DNA of 47,973 nucleotides from Pseudomonadota bacterium (GCA_018660405.1 JABJKL010000123.1:1-47973), one strand, 5' to 3'. Positions 30,671 through 40,530 are shown, counted from the first letter of the stretch. Notes: a model not told the origin generated them from the sequence alone. Numbers and translations are program-made.

Positions 30671-32179
30671 GTGATTATGAGCAGAAGTACGCGTAATTAC
30701 GTTCTATTAGCGGCCACCACAATGTCAACTGTGGCGGCAATGCCCAATTACGCCGCTGGTTACGATCAATTACCAGATTTGGGCTCCAGCGCGGCCACTA
30801 TTATTTCTGCTCGCGAGGAGCAAATGGTGGGTGACGATTTTATTCGCCGTGCTCGTCAACATCTGGACTTCATCAGTGATCCTGAGTTACTCATCTATAT
30901 AAATGAAGTGGGTCATCGAATCGCCGATGCCAGCAACCATCCCGAACAATCTTTTAATTTTTACCTAATCGAGGACAGCAACATTAATGCTTTTGCTGTA
31001 CCTGGCGGTCATATCGCCGTTCACACCGGATTGATCCTTGAAGCAGAGAACGAAGATCAATTCGCATCGGTGCTGGCACACGAGGTGGCTCACGTTACGC
31101 AACACCATATTGCACGTGGCATTGAAAAATCCAAAGGCAGCACACTCAAGACACTGGCGACGGTCATCGCGGCTGCCGCATTGGGTGGTCAAGCAGCACA
31201 AGCGGCGCTAGTTTACACAAGCGCATCGGCCATCGAAAAACGACTTAGATATGGCCGGGAATTTGAGCGCGAAGCAGATGCCATTGGTATTCGCAGCTTG
31301 TATGCTGCTGGTTATTCGCCCGATGAAATGCCCGGGTTTTTCCGAACGCTTCAACGCTGGAGTCGTATCAAAGAAAGTGGTGCGCCAGAGTTCCTGCGAT
31401 CGCACCCGCTAACCGTTAGCCGAATCTCCGAATCCGCTGCGCGCACAGAAAACTATCCCGATGTACCACTGGCCGATCAAACCAACTTCAAGTACATCAA
31501 GGCCAAGTTGCGTGCCATGTACGCAGAAAACATTCCTGCAGAGCTGGCCCTTATAGAGTCAGAGATCGCCGACACCGAAGACGCTGCTCCAGCGGATCTT
31601 CGATTTTCCTACGCATTGATATTAATGCGCGCCAATAAATACGATCAGGCAAGGTCCGAAATAGCAGACTTGTTGTACCAATTTCCGGAGCATGTGGGTT
31701 ATAAACTTGCGCAGTCTGATATCGAATTAGAAGCTCAACAGTACGATCTCGGCATCGCGCAATTAGCGGCCGTGCGACAAAACTTACCCGAGCAATGGTC
31801 ACATTACGAACAAACAGTTGATTTGTATTACTCCAATGCCCTGGTATTAACCGAACGGTTTACAGAAGCGATTCCAGTTCTTCGTAAATCAATCCGTAAA
31901 ACTCCGGACGAGCCACTCTTTCACAGTATGTTAGCGCGTGCCTATGGCGAGTCTGGTGAAACGCTAAAAGCCTATCAGTCCCGTGGTGAATATCATTATC
32001 TACGTGGAAATTTGGGTTTTGCGCAGGCGCAATTCAAACAGGCGGCTAAATTGGCCACAAGCTATTACGATAAAGCAAGCCTGCAAGCCCGACTAGAGGA
32101 TATAAAACGCCAGCTGGTCACTCTGGGTATAGAAGAACCTGCACGACGATTGCAACTGATCGGTCCGTCCAACTCGTAA
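30671..32179 (+). CDS. bepA: Periplasmic M48 metalloprotease with C-terminal TPR domain (BepA/YfgC-like)
   Basis: Signal peptide, INAFAVPGGHIAVHTGL, HEVAHVTQHH (HExxH), and a TPR-like C-terminal half. 502 aa. Confidence 0.85.
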   Translation: MIMSRSTRNYVLLAATTMSTVAAMPNYAAGYDQLPDLGSSAATIISAREEQMVGDDFIRRARQHLDFISDPELLIYINEVGHRIADASNHPEQSFNFYLIEDSNINAFAVPGGHIAVHTGLILEAENEDQFASVLAHEVAHVTQHHIARGIEKSKGSTLKTLATVIAAAALGGQAAQAALVYTSASAIEKRLRYGREFEREADAIGIRSLYAAGYSPDEMPGFFRTLQRWSRIKESGAPEFLRSHPLTVSRISESAARTENYPDVPLADQTNFKYIKAKLRAMYAENIPAELALIESEIADTEDAAPADLRFSYALILMRANKYDQARSEIADLLYQFPEHVGYKLAQSDIELEAQQYDLGIAQLAAVRQNLPEQWSHYEQTVDLYYSNALVLTERFTEAIPVLRKSIRKTPDEPLFHSMLARAYGESGETLKAYQSRGEYHYLRGNLGFAQAQFKQAAKLATSYYDKASLQARLEDIKRQLVTLGIEEPARRLQLIGPSNS

Positions 32180-32197
32180 CATACTCCCAAGCCTTAA

Positions 32198-32839
32198 ATG
32201 ATACGCGTGCTAATAAGCGCATTGCTAATACCGGCAATTAGCCATGCACAACCAAACCTCGTTGATACAGAAATCCACATAGCGGCTAGCCGTTCGAATT
32301 ATGCTGCGGTCGATTCACTACTCAAGGCAGGTGAAGACCCCAACCAAAAGGGAAGATCGAGCAATACCGCGTTGATAATCGCCGCGTATTCCGGAGATCC
32401 GCGTATGGTAGAAATGCTTATTCGCGCTGGCGCAGATTTAAATAACCAGGGAAACAACAACCACACCGCACTTCATGCCGCCATACACGCAAAGAGTAAT
32501 GTCTGCGTGCAACTTCTCGTAGAGGAAGGAGCCAACCCGAACCTGCGCGACTCGCTTGGCTTCAGCCCGCTCCATCAAGCCGCAAATTTTGGAAACTTAA
32601 GAGCTGTTAGAACTCTGCTGGACGCAGGCGCCGACCTTGAATCATATGCAAACGGTAATCGAACGGCCTTGTTGCTAGCGGCAGATATTGGCCATACAGT
32701 CATAGTAAAAGAACTGCTCGAGCGAGGCGCCAACCCAAACGTAAGTTCAGTGTGGGAGCAAACACCTTTAAACATGTCCACCGCACACGGCCACACCGAT
32801 ATAGTAAAACTACTAGCCGCCGCAGGCGCCACTGAATAG
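32198..32839 (+). CDS. Secreted ankyrin-repeat protein
   Basis: Signal peptide MIRVLISALLIPAISHA followed by about 5-6 ankyrin repeats (TALIIAAYSGD..MVEMLIRAGADLN, TALHAAIHA, SPLHQAANFGNLRAVRTLLDAGADL, TALLLAADIGH, TPLNMSTAHGHTDIVKLL). Confidence 0.85.
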   Translation: MIRVLISALLIPAISHAQPNLVDTEIHIAASRSNYAAVDSLLKAGEDPNQKGRSSNTALIIAAYSGDPRMVEMLIRAGADLNNQGNNNHTALHAAIHAKSNVCVQLLVEEGANPNLRDSLGFSPLHQAANFGNLRAVRTLLDAGADLESYANGNRTALLLAADIGHTVIVKELLERGANPNVSSVWEQTPLNMSTAHGHTDIVKLLAAAGATE

Positions 32840-32883
32840 TCTGCCAATTCTGGCCAAACCCGTTAGTTGTACATTGGCTCGGG

Positions 32884-33009
32884 CTTGAGTGCGTTATGAG
32901 CGCAGTGCGGGCTAGGCAAAAGTTATTTTGGGAGCGCAGTGTACAAACAGTACATGAGCATTCCAAAATAACTTTTAACAACGCCCGCGCAAGCGCAATA
33001 GCACTCAAG
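32884..33009. repeat. ~126-nt composite palindrome / probable bidirectional terminator between the ankyrin gene and gap
   Basis: Nested complementary arms: cttgagtgc (32884-32892)/gcactcaag (33001-33009); aaaagttattttgg (32918-32931)/ccaaaataactttt (32963-32976); inner tgtac-aaaca-gtaca. The outer arm overlaps the gap stop codon. Confidence 0.75.
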
Positions 33010-34471
33010 TTCGAGCGGGGATTTCCGGGTAATCCAGACCTACATACTGCTGCATTAACCGTACCACCTGATGGCTATAGCCAGCCTCATTGTCGTACCA
33101 AATATAGAGCACCGCACGATCACCTTCCACGATGGTTGCCTCACCATCGACGACTCCGGCGGCGTTAGATCCAACCAAATCAGATGACACAACTTCGGTC
33201 GACCAGGTAGAACCTATTTGATCCTGATAGCGTGAATTGTACGACACATCGCGCAGAAATTCGTTCATCTCATCACGCGTTGTTTTCTTGCCTAAATTAA
33301 GATTGGTAACCACCATGGACACGTTTGGAGTGGGCACACGAATTGCATTTCCGGTCAACTTACCGGCCAATTCAGGCACCGCTTTTGCTATCGCTTTTGC
33401 GGCACCCGTTGAGGTCAACACCATATTTAACGGTGCGCTACGACCCCTTCTATGTTTGGGATGATAATTATCGATCAAATTTTGGTCATTCGTGTAACTG
33501 TGAATGGTTTCTACGTGGCCAGATTTAATTCCGTATTTGTCATTGACCACTTTAAGTACAGGCACTATCGCGTTAGTCGTACACGATGCCGCGCTGAGAA
33601 TTTTATCGTCGGCAGTTACTTCATGGTCGTTAACACCATATACAATGTTTTTAATCTCGCCCTTGGCGGGCGCCGTGAGCAGCACTCTGGAAACCCCTTT
33701 GGCTTGCAAATGTTGGCCAAGGCCGGCCTCGTCTTTCCACACACCGGTGTTATCCACTACCAAGGCGTCATTAATGCCGTATTGGGTGTAATCAACCTCA
33801 CTGGGTGAACTTGCATAAATAAACTGAATATAATTACCGTTAACCACCAATACGCGATTCTCTCGATCGACTGATACCGACCCCTCGAAAGCACCGTGTA
33901 CCGAATCGCGCCGCAATAAACTTGCGCGCTTGAGTAAATCGGCCACTTCATCGCCTTTGGCGCGAACTACTACGGCCCGCAAACGCATTTTTTCACCCGA
34001 ACCCGCCCGGTCCACCAGCAAACGAGTAAGAATCCGGCCAATTCGACCAAAGCCATAGAGCACGACATCTTTAGGCTCAGCACTGTAGTCATCGCAATCC
34101 TGCAAAATCGTGGCGAGACGATCATTCAAAAAAGCATCCATATTAGTTTCATGGTCGACAACGTACTCCTGCGCCAATTTACCCAAATCCAAACGGGCCG
34201 GACACAATTTCAATTCAACCAGTTTCTGGAGCATTTCGAAACTGACTTTTATGTCCAGCTCGTTACCCACAATCAGGCGCGCTAAACGATGGCCCTTGAC
34301 AATATCGATTGTCGTAGCGGGCACCATTTTACGCCCAAACATACGCAAAACTAATCCGCGCTGACGATACAAACGCCCAAGTATTGGAATCATTTGCTCA
34401 GCCAAAGTAATTTTTTCGTTCCAAATATCCAGATGAGAATCGATAACGTCACGCACGTCGCTGGTCTCCAT
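33005..34471 (-). CDS. gap: Glyceraldehyde-3-phosphate dehydrogenase, long form with an N-terminal extension
   Basis: GFGRIGR Rossmann motif beginning about 130 aa in, catalytic SCTTNA, and WYDNE near the C-terminus. 488 aa. Confidence 0.9.
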   Translation of the reverse strand: METSDVRDVIDSHLDIWNEKITLAEQMIPILGRLYRQRGLVLRMFGRKMVPATTIDIVKGHRLARLIVGNELDIKVSFEMLQKLVELKLCPARLDLGKLAQEYVVDHETNMDAFLNDRLATILQDCDDYSAEPKDVVLYGFGRIGRILTRLLVDRAGSGEKMRLRAVVVRAKGDEVADLLKRASLLRRDSVHGAFEGSVSVDRENRVLVVNGNYIQFIYASSPSEVDYTQYGINDALVVDNTGVWKDEAGLGQHLQAKGVSRVLLTAPAKGEIKNIVYGVNDHEVTADDKILSAASCTTNAIVPVLKVVNDKYGIKSGHVETIHSYTNDQNLIDNYHPKHRRGRSAPLNMVLTSTGAAKAIAKAVPELAGKLTGNAIRVPTPNVSMVVTNLNLGKKTTRDEMNEFLRDVSYNSRYQDQIGSTWSTEVVSSDLVGSNAAGVVDGEATIVEGDRAVLYIWYDNEAGYSHQVVRLMQQYVGLDYPEIPART

Positions 34472-34656
34472 ATAAGTTACTACTCAATAACTGTTTTTGA
34501 GGGGGCGGGCATGATACCAAAATCGGTTTCAAAATGTTCATCACAAACCCATAAGATTTTAATGATCACAACAACCCCTATGCCAAAAGAAAGCTGACTA
34601 AGTAGTCTACGCGTGTTACAAAAGATCTTTAATTTAAGTGATTCCCAAGGTCAACA

Positions 34657-35613
34657 ATGAAACGTATGCGCACTTATTTCCAATTGTTTTTTTTCAGCCT
34701 ATTGGCATTCACTGTAGGTTGTTCCCGAACGGGAGATGACGTGGTCGTTAACCCTGGCTTACGAGCATCGGTTTTGATTTCTGCCGCGGATCTCGCGCAA
34801 CAATTGAACAACCCGAACTATCAAATTATCGACATTGCGCAAATTCCAGAGGAATATGCCGAGGGGCACATTGCAGGTGCGCTTTTCGTCGACTGGCGAA
34901 TGGATATTACAGATCCTGCGGTACCCGATCTGTTTAACCTGCCCCCACAAGCAATGTACGAAGGCTTGATGGATCGATTGGGTGTTACACCCGACACCAC
35001 GGTTGTTCTATACGACAATTTCAACAGCCGCTTCGCCACCAGAGTGTTTTGGACCATGCGCTATTACGGACATAACACGATTAAAATTTTGGACGGCGGG
35101 CGCGGCGCATGGCTTGCAGCCGGATTCGATATAAGCACTGAAGCTCCAGTCGTTGAACCCAGTGACTATCGCGTTTCTACCATCAATGCCGAATTACTGG
35201 CCGAAATGCCATTCATCAAATCTCAGCTGACGGCCGATGGATTCAAACTCCTCGATGGTCGACCACACGCGCAATACACCGGGGAAGCACCCGGCAAGGT
35301 TTACCACACCGGCACTGAACACGCAGCACGCGGTCACATATATGGCGCGCAAAACGTGCCATGGAGTACAAACTTTAACGAGGACGGTACCTTCAAAAGT
35401 AACCAAGAGTTACTCGAACTTTATACCCCTCATGGGCTAACTCCCGACAAGACTATCGTGACTTACTGCAATGAAGGTCTGCACGCTTCCCCACCATGGT
35501 TTGTAATGCATGAGTTACTCGGTTACGCAGACGTGAAATTGTATGACAGCTCGATGGGTGAGTGGGCTAATCAGGCTGAGCCGAACTTAATCCTCGGCGA
35601 GCACTGTATGTAA
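34657..35613 (+). CDS. Tandem-rhodanese sulfurtransferase, probable lipoprotein
   Basis: Lipobox FTVGC, two rhodanese domains, catalytic loop YCNEGLHAS. Confidence 0.8.
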   Translation: MKRMRTYFQLFFFSLLAFTVGCSRTGDDVVVNPGLRASVLISAADLAQQLNNPNYQIIDIAQIPEEYAEGHIAGALFVDWRMDITDPAVPDLFNLPPQAMYEGLMDRLGVTPDTTVVLYDNFNSRFATRVFWTMRYYGHNTIKILDGGRGAWLAAGFDISTEAPVVEPSDYRVSTINAELLAEMPFIKSQLTADGFKLLDGRPHAQYTGEAPGKVYHTGTEHAARGHIYGAQNVPWSTNFNEDGTFKSNQELLELYTPHGLTPDKTIVTYCNEGLHASPPWFVMHELLGYADVKLYDSSMGEWANQAEPNLILGEHCM

Positions 35614-35640
35614 AAACTTTTTTATTGTGGTACGAGATAT

Positions 35641-35737
35641 GTTTTGTCAACTACCAGAATAACTCGCCGTAAACCCATCCATGGGGGCTCGACGCCAGCT
35701 CCCTGCTGGCGACGGTTATTCTGGTAGTTGGCAAAAC
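35641..35737. repeat. 97-nt long-armed palindromic element (REP/MITE-like or bidirectional terminator)
   Basis: gttttgtcaactaccagaataac (35641 onward) pairs with gttattctggtagttggcaaaac (ending at 35737) with one mismatch. Inner hairpin cgccagc-tccct-gctggcg. Lies between convergent genes. Confidence 0.8.
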
Positions 35738-35779
35738 ACCAAACCCTGCAATACCCACTCTCACAAAGATCTTTAAAAA

Positions 35780-36781
35780 CTATTCTTCAGCCGATAACAA
35801 ATCTTCCATGCGCTGCACTATCTGGTCGGCCTTGTAATCTGACAACTTGAATTCCCACCCCTCGGTCGCTTTTCTCAAAGCCTCTATCTCGGTGGCTGAC
35901 AAAACGGTCGTTTGCCCTTCTGTCGATGCTAACTGAATTCTGAACCAATTCGCAGCGTCCTCGTTATCATCTTCTTTGTTTGCCAAAACCCGACTAAATA
36001 CAACGCGAACGCTATCGCTCAACTGAAAGGTTGTAACGGCATCGGCTTCACTATTCGACGCAGGACGGACTTGATCAAAATCAAGATTAAACAGCGCTGT
36101 ACCGAAGGAATTGACGATAGCTGAATATTTGAGCTCGCGACCCTCAGGCACATCATCTGTTTGATACGCACCGTCCTCTCCACGAACTACAGTTATTGAT
36201 TCCCCGTCACTGTGCTCGATACTGACTTCCAGAACATCGGTCTCCATGATATTAACTAACTCCGAAGCTAACCAATTCCGGACATCCAAACTGAAATCAA
36301 GGTCAGCATCAATTAACCATGCAGTCGGTTGATCTGCCACTCTTGCATAGCGGTATTCACCCTGCGCATTGCCAAATAATATGCGGTTGTTCTGATTCGA
36401 CCAGAACAAACCCACCTCTACGCTTGCTCCGTCAGCGACAATATCCTCAACTCCCAGGCGTGGATAGTACTCAGGCTTTGCGGTTTTCTCTTCAACGGTC
36501 TGCGCAGCGGCTATCGTTCTTAAAAAAACGGTGAGCCGATCAACATCCACAAAATAGTTTTGCGCTTGTTCCAACAGCCATTCACCATTCGTGTGACGCC
36601 GCATTACCAGCTGATCGGTATGATTACGTATTTCGACACGGTTGATATCGTCCAGGTTGGTGCCCATGTCGGGTACAAATAATTGGTTTGTTGTTTCGGT
36701 CTCGTTATTTTCCAGAACCAGAACAACGGCCAACATCACCAAAATAGCGACAGACAAGCTGATCAAAGTCGTTTTATTCAT
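35780..36781 (-). CDS. DUF4340-like membrane-anchored protein, last gene of the GldG-type ABC module
   Basis: N-terminal TM anchor and beta-rich remainder. Sits directly after the GldG-like gene, the usual context for DUF4340. Confidence 0.65.
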   Translation of the reverse strand: MNKTTLISLSVAILVMLAVVLVLENNETETTNQLFVPDMGTNLDDINRVEIRNHTDQLVMRRHTNGEWLLEQAQNYFVDVDRLTVFLRTIAAAQTVEEKTAKPEYYPRLGVEDIVADGASVEVGLFWSNQNNRILFGNAQGEYRYARVADQPTAWLIDADLDFSLDVRNWLASELVNIMETDVLEVSIEHSDGESITVVRGEDGAYQTDDVPEGRELKYSAIVNSFGTALFNLDFDQVRPASNSEADAVTTFQLSDSVRVVFSRVLANKEDDNEDAANWFRIQLASTEGQTTVLSATEIEALRKATEGWEFKLSDYKADQIVQRMEDLLSAEE

Positions 36782-36809
36782 CTATATCTCCTCGCCTAAT
36801 TCCTTCCAA

Positions 36810-38774
36810 CTATTTTCGCGCGCGCGCTGACCGATTTCCGAACCGTGAAAACACGCCAAAAAACAGAATTAATAAAGGCACCAAACCAATGTTTACGACC
36901 TTCAACAAACTCCCCAATTGCTCGATGTCCTGGGCCAAACTCCGTCGCACCCTACGCAGTTCTGTTCGAATCCGGGCGCGTTCTTCCAAAAATCGATCTA
37001 ATTCAGCTTCTTGTTGCGGGCTGAACGATATCTTGTCGCTGTCGTCCTGACGACTACTTTGCAGCTGGCCAAGGCGGCTCTCCAAATCTGAAAGCTCGGA
37101 TTGTAAGCTCTGCTCAGTCTCGCGATACTGCGCCTCAGCCGACAATCGCATGCCCTCGACCAGACTGAATGGCCGATTCGTCGTACCCCGACTCCTAACA
37201 CTGATTAAGTCTGCAGAACCCGTCAGATTGTCCAGGGCATTTATTACAAAATTGCCGTTGTCAGCAAATGCAGAAGGAAGTCGTTGACCAAAAAAGTTCT
37301 GTACCTGAACCCACAGTCGGTCACTCAATAAGTCCACATCGGCAACTAGCACCATTTGAGTTGCCGTGATCGACTCCGATATATGTTCACTCGTTTCTTC
37401 TGGCGCAATAGCGGGTTCCGCTTCACCAGAATCTATAGTCACAGAATCGTCAGCCTCGGCGTCAACACTATTAGCCGCTGGCCGACCGTCTGGAAATGCG
37501 GTCTTAATCGAGCCAGATAAGCGTGCCGCTATCACTTTGGTCGATCCCTGCCCCTTAAACTGTTCGAATAAAGCTTGCGGATCTTGTGTGAACTGCAACA
37601 TAAAGCTATCGACAGACTCTGCCTGTGCGCTAGAGCTGATTAGTGGCTGAAGGGTCAATGAGCTATCTTCGCTTACACTAAAATAACCGACCATCGACAG
37701 GTTTACCGTCTCAAGATCAGCGGTGATAACGTCTGTTGGATCAATCGCTTCGGAAGACGCACCGATAATACCTGGGTGCCTAACGGGTTGACCGTTAGGG
37801 CCACTTGACACAGGCAGGGCAAACAGTGGATCCAGCATTACCTGGTCGGTCGCGAACTCCACACCCCAGGTTTCAAACAAACTCCCCAAGGTCGAGCTTC
37901 CGGGTTGAGGGGGCATGCCCTGCCCCATGGGAGGGCCAGGTGCGGCTTCCGCCAACGGGTCGACGAATATCAGCGCCTTGCCACCCGCCAATAGATACTG
38001 ATCAATATTGTAAAGAGTCGCTTCGCTCAATTCGGCAGGATGAATGATCCACAGCAAACTCATATCAGCGTCGAACGAACCTGCGTTTTGATCCACAACT
38101 TCAACATTGAATAAACTCTGCGCTTGCTCAACGACCATCCAGGGCGAGCTTGGCTGTCCCGTACGCGGGTCCAGGCCCCCCGCAACCTCGGTACCGCTAA
38201 GCAAACCAATTTTAATCCGTTCGGGCGTCGCCAATGTAGAAACCAGCTTCGCTAAATCGTACTCAATAAACGACTCTCTATCTGGCGCAAAAAAAGGAAT
38301 GCTCTGTTCGTCACCGATCGTATTGGTGCCGACCAGTCCGAGATACAGCGGATCTGCGCCAATACCGGTAGAAACTCCCTGCAACCCATATTGTGCTGCT
38401 CGATCTTCTTCTTCCGAAAACGGCACCGGATCAACCTCGGTCAACCGTAACTTACCATCGCTAAGGCTTTCGAACTCACGCAGCATTTCACGCACCCGCC
38501 GTGCGTAACCTCGTAAACTTTGAATATCTTCGCTCGCCTGGTCTGAGAAAAACAAATATAGATTTATCGGCTCATCGATATTTGCCAACACATTCTCGGT
38601 ACCCTCTGACAATGTATAGAGCTTGTTCTCGGTAAGATCAATTTTCCAACCAGCGAACAATAAATTGCCAAGCATCACCGCTATAACAAAACCAACGGCA
38701 AGCAAAGCAAGGATTGCCCCACCCATCTTGCCTGCTATACCAGCAGCTAACGTTTCGGACTTATTATTACTCAT
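36810..38774 (-). CDS. GldG-family ABC-transport auxiliary protein
   Basis: N- and C-terminal TM anchors, large periplasmic domain, C-terminal coiled coil. Follows the ABC-2 permease. Start taken as the ATG at 38774 (MSNNKSE); the track start at 38816 is a TTG. Confidence 0.75.
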   Translation of the reverse strand: MSNNKSETLAAGIAGKMGGAILALLAVGFVIAVMLGNLLFAGWKIDLTENKLYTLSEGTENVLANIDEPINLYLFFSDQASEDIQSLRGYARRVREMLREFESLSDGKLRLTEVDPVPFSEEEDRAAQYGLQGVSTGIGADPLYLGLVGTNTIGDEQSIPFFAPDRESFIEYDLAKLVSTLATPERIKIGLLSGTEVAGGLDPRTGQPSSPWMVVEQAQSLFNVEVVDQNAGSFDADMSLLWIIHPAELSEATLYNIDQYLLAGGKALIFVDPLAEAAPGPPMGQGMPPQPGSSTLGSLFETWGVEFATDQVMLDPLFALPVSSGPNGQPVRHPGIIGASSEAIDPTDVITADLETVNLSMVGYFSVSEDSSLTLQPLISSSAQAESVDSFMLQFTQDPQALFEQFKGQGSTKVIAARLSGSIKTAFPDGRPAANSVDAEADDSVTIDSGEAEPAIAPEETSEHISESITATQMVLVADVDLLSDRLWVQVQNFFGQRLPSAFADNGNFVINALDNLTGSADLISVRSRGTTNRPFSLVEGMRLSAEAQYRETEQSLQSELSDLESRLGQLQSSRQDDSDKISFSPQQEAELDRFLEERARIRTELRRVRRSLAQDIEQLGSLLKVVNIGLVPLLILFFGVFSRFGNRSARARK

Positions 38775-38818
38775 ATCTATGTACTCTATACTCTTATTAA
38801 TATACTGGGGGCCCAACC

Positions 38819-39553
38819 CTAATCAGCCTGCTTCATTTGTAAGACTATAGTGTTGGCATATAAAAACGCGCCTATTAACAACGCGAAATAAAGAATGTCT
38901 CGAAAATCAATCACGCCTCGACTAATGCTGGCGAAATGGGTCATAAAACTAAGTGCCGCAATGCCGTCAACAAATACTTGAGGAGCCCACCCTGAGAACA
39001 AGTTTAATACCAGCGGTAATCCAGCAAGCAAAAACCCAAAACACACTACGATGGTGATAATAAAAGCGATAACCTGATTTCGCGTGAGTGCTGACAAGCA
39101 AGCGCCGATAGCCAAAAACCCTCCGGCCATCAACAAACTGCCCAGATATCCCGCCAGTATCGCGCCGTTATCAGGCTCACCTAGAATGTTGACAGTTAGC
39201 CAAATCGGGAAACTAAGCGTCAGAGCCAAGGCTGTGAATGCCCATGCAGCTAGAAACTTCCCTAATACGGCTTGCCACGGAGTAATGGGTAACGTCATCA
39301 AAAATTCAATGGTGCCCGACTTGCGCTCCTCGGCCCAAAGTCGCATCGTCAGCGAAGGCACGAGAAACAAATACAACCACGGTAGATAGTCAAAAAATGG
39401 CCGCAGATCCGCCTGCCCCCGCTCATAAAAACCACCTATCTCAAAAGTGAAGGTGCCGGCTAGAACCAGGAATATGATCAAAAACACATACGCCACTGGC
39501 GTGGCAAAATAGCCCATAAATTCTCGATCAAAAATAGCTTTGATTACACTCAT
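38819..39553 (-). CDS. ABC-2 type transporter permease
   Basis: 244 aa and six TM segments. ATGA overlap with the upstream ATPase gene. Confidence 0.85.
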   Translation of the reverse strand: MSVIKAIFDREFMGYFATPVAYVFLIIFLVLAGTFTFEIGGFYERGQADLRPFFDYLPWLYLFLVPSLTMRLWAEERKSGTIEFLMTLPITPWQAVLGKFLAAWAFTALALTLSFPIWLTVNILGEPDNGAILAGYLGSLLMAGGFLAIGACLSALTRNQVIAFIITIVVCFGFLLAGLPLVLNLFSGWAPQVFVDGIAALSFMTHFASISRGVIDFRDILYFALLIGAFLYANTIVLQMKQAD

Positions 39554-40272
39554 GCGGCTTTGCCCCCGGTTATCTCGCGAAACACGTCGTCCAATCGGCC
39601 AGTGCTCGACTCTGCAACTAACTCAGCAGGCGTCGCATCGCGCAAAATCTTACCTTCAGCGATAATCAAAACCCGACTGCAAACGGCCTCAACCTCGTCG
39701 AGCAAATGAGTCGAAATCAATATCAGCTTGTTAGCCGACATCGATTTGATTAATTCCCGAACTTCGTACTTTTGATTCGGATCCAAACCATCAGTGGGTT
39801 CATCCAGTATCAATATGCCGGGATCATGCAAGATTGCCTGGGCAAGCGCTACTCGTCGTTTAAAGCCTTTGGATAAAGTGTCTATACTCTGATCAAGCAC
39901 CGGCTCCAAATGCAGCGCACTAATCACCTGGGCCATACGCGTTTGCAGAACATCACCCTGCAGTTCGCGCACCTTCGCCACGAAATTTAGCTGCGCGCGC
40001 GGCGTCATGTCTGAATAGCTCGGCGCGCCTTCAGGCAAGTAACCCATTCGTTTTCTGGCCGCCAAAGAATCTGTCGCCATATCATAGCCGTCGACTACCA
40101 CCCGCCCGCAACTAGGCGTGATAAAGCCGGTAATCATTTTCATGGTGGTTGATTTGCCAGCGCCATTGGGCCCCAAAAGGCCAATAACTTCGCCGGAAGC
40201 GCACTCAAACGATATACCGTCAACCGCGACAATCGAACCGAAATGTTTGCTTAATGCATCGATTTTAATCAT
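39550..40272 (-). CDS. ABC transporter ATP-binding protein
   Basis: Walker A GPNGAGKST, signature LSKGFKRR, Walker B ILILDEPT. Confidence 0.93.
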   Translation of the reverse strand: MIKIDALSKHFGSIVAVDGISFECASGEVIGLLGPNGAGKSTTMKMITGFITPSCGRVVVDGYDMATDSLAARKRMGYLPEGAPSYSDMTPRAQLNFVAKVRELQGDVLQTRMAQVISALHLEPVLDQSIDTLSKGFKRRVALAQAILHDPGILILDEPTDGLDPNQKYEVRELIKSMSANKLILISTHLLDEVEAVCSRVLIIAEGKILRDATPAELVAESSTGRLDDVFREITGGKAA

Positions 40273-40530
40273 GCGTAAAATAAATCCCCGGAGCTTACAA
40301 AAGCCCGCTCAACATGGCCCACTTAACATTGAATCTTGCGTCCAGAACAGACGACCTGAATGAAATTATTGTGGCTTCACTACAGGGAATTTTCAAGCCT
40401 TGTAAAATGAAAGTTCCTTAAGAAAACCGCAGGACAACCATAGCACTAAACCCGGGTGCTTGGGAAAAATCATACTTGACAACCTTCTTCCACCATTTTT
40501 CTCCATCCCAGCTTGTTTTATAATCACGTA

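Noticed and set aside
32700-33168. ORFs of 90-102 aa spanning the ankyrin/gap intergenic palindrome
   Set aside because: They run through the palindrome and overlap real genes on the opposite strand. They are shadow ORFs.
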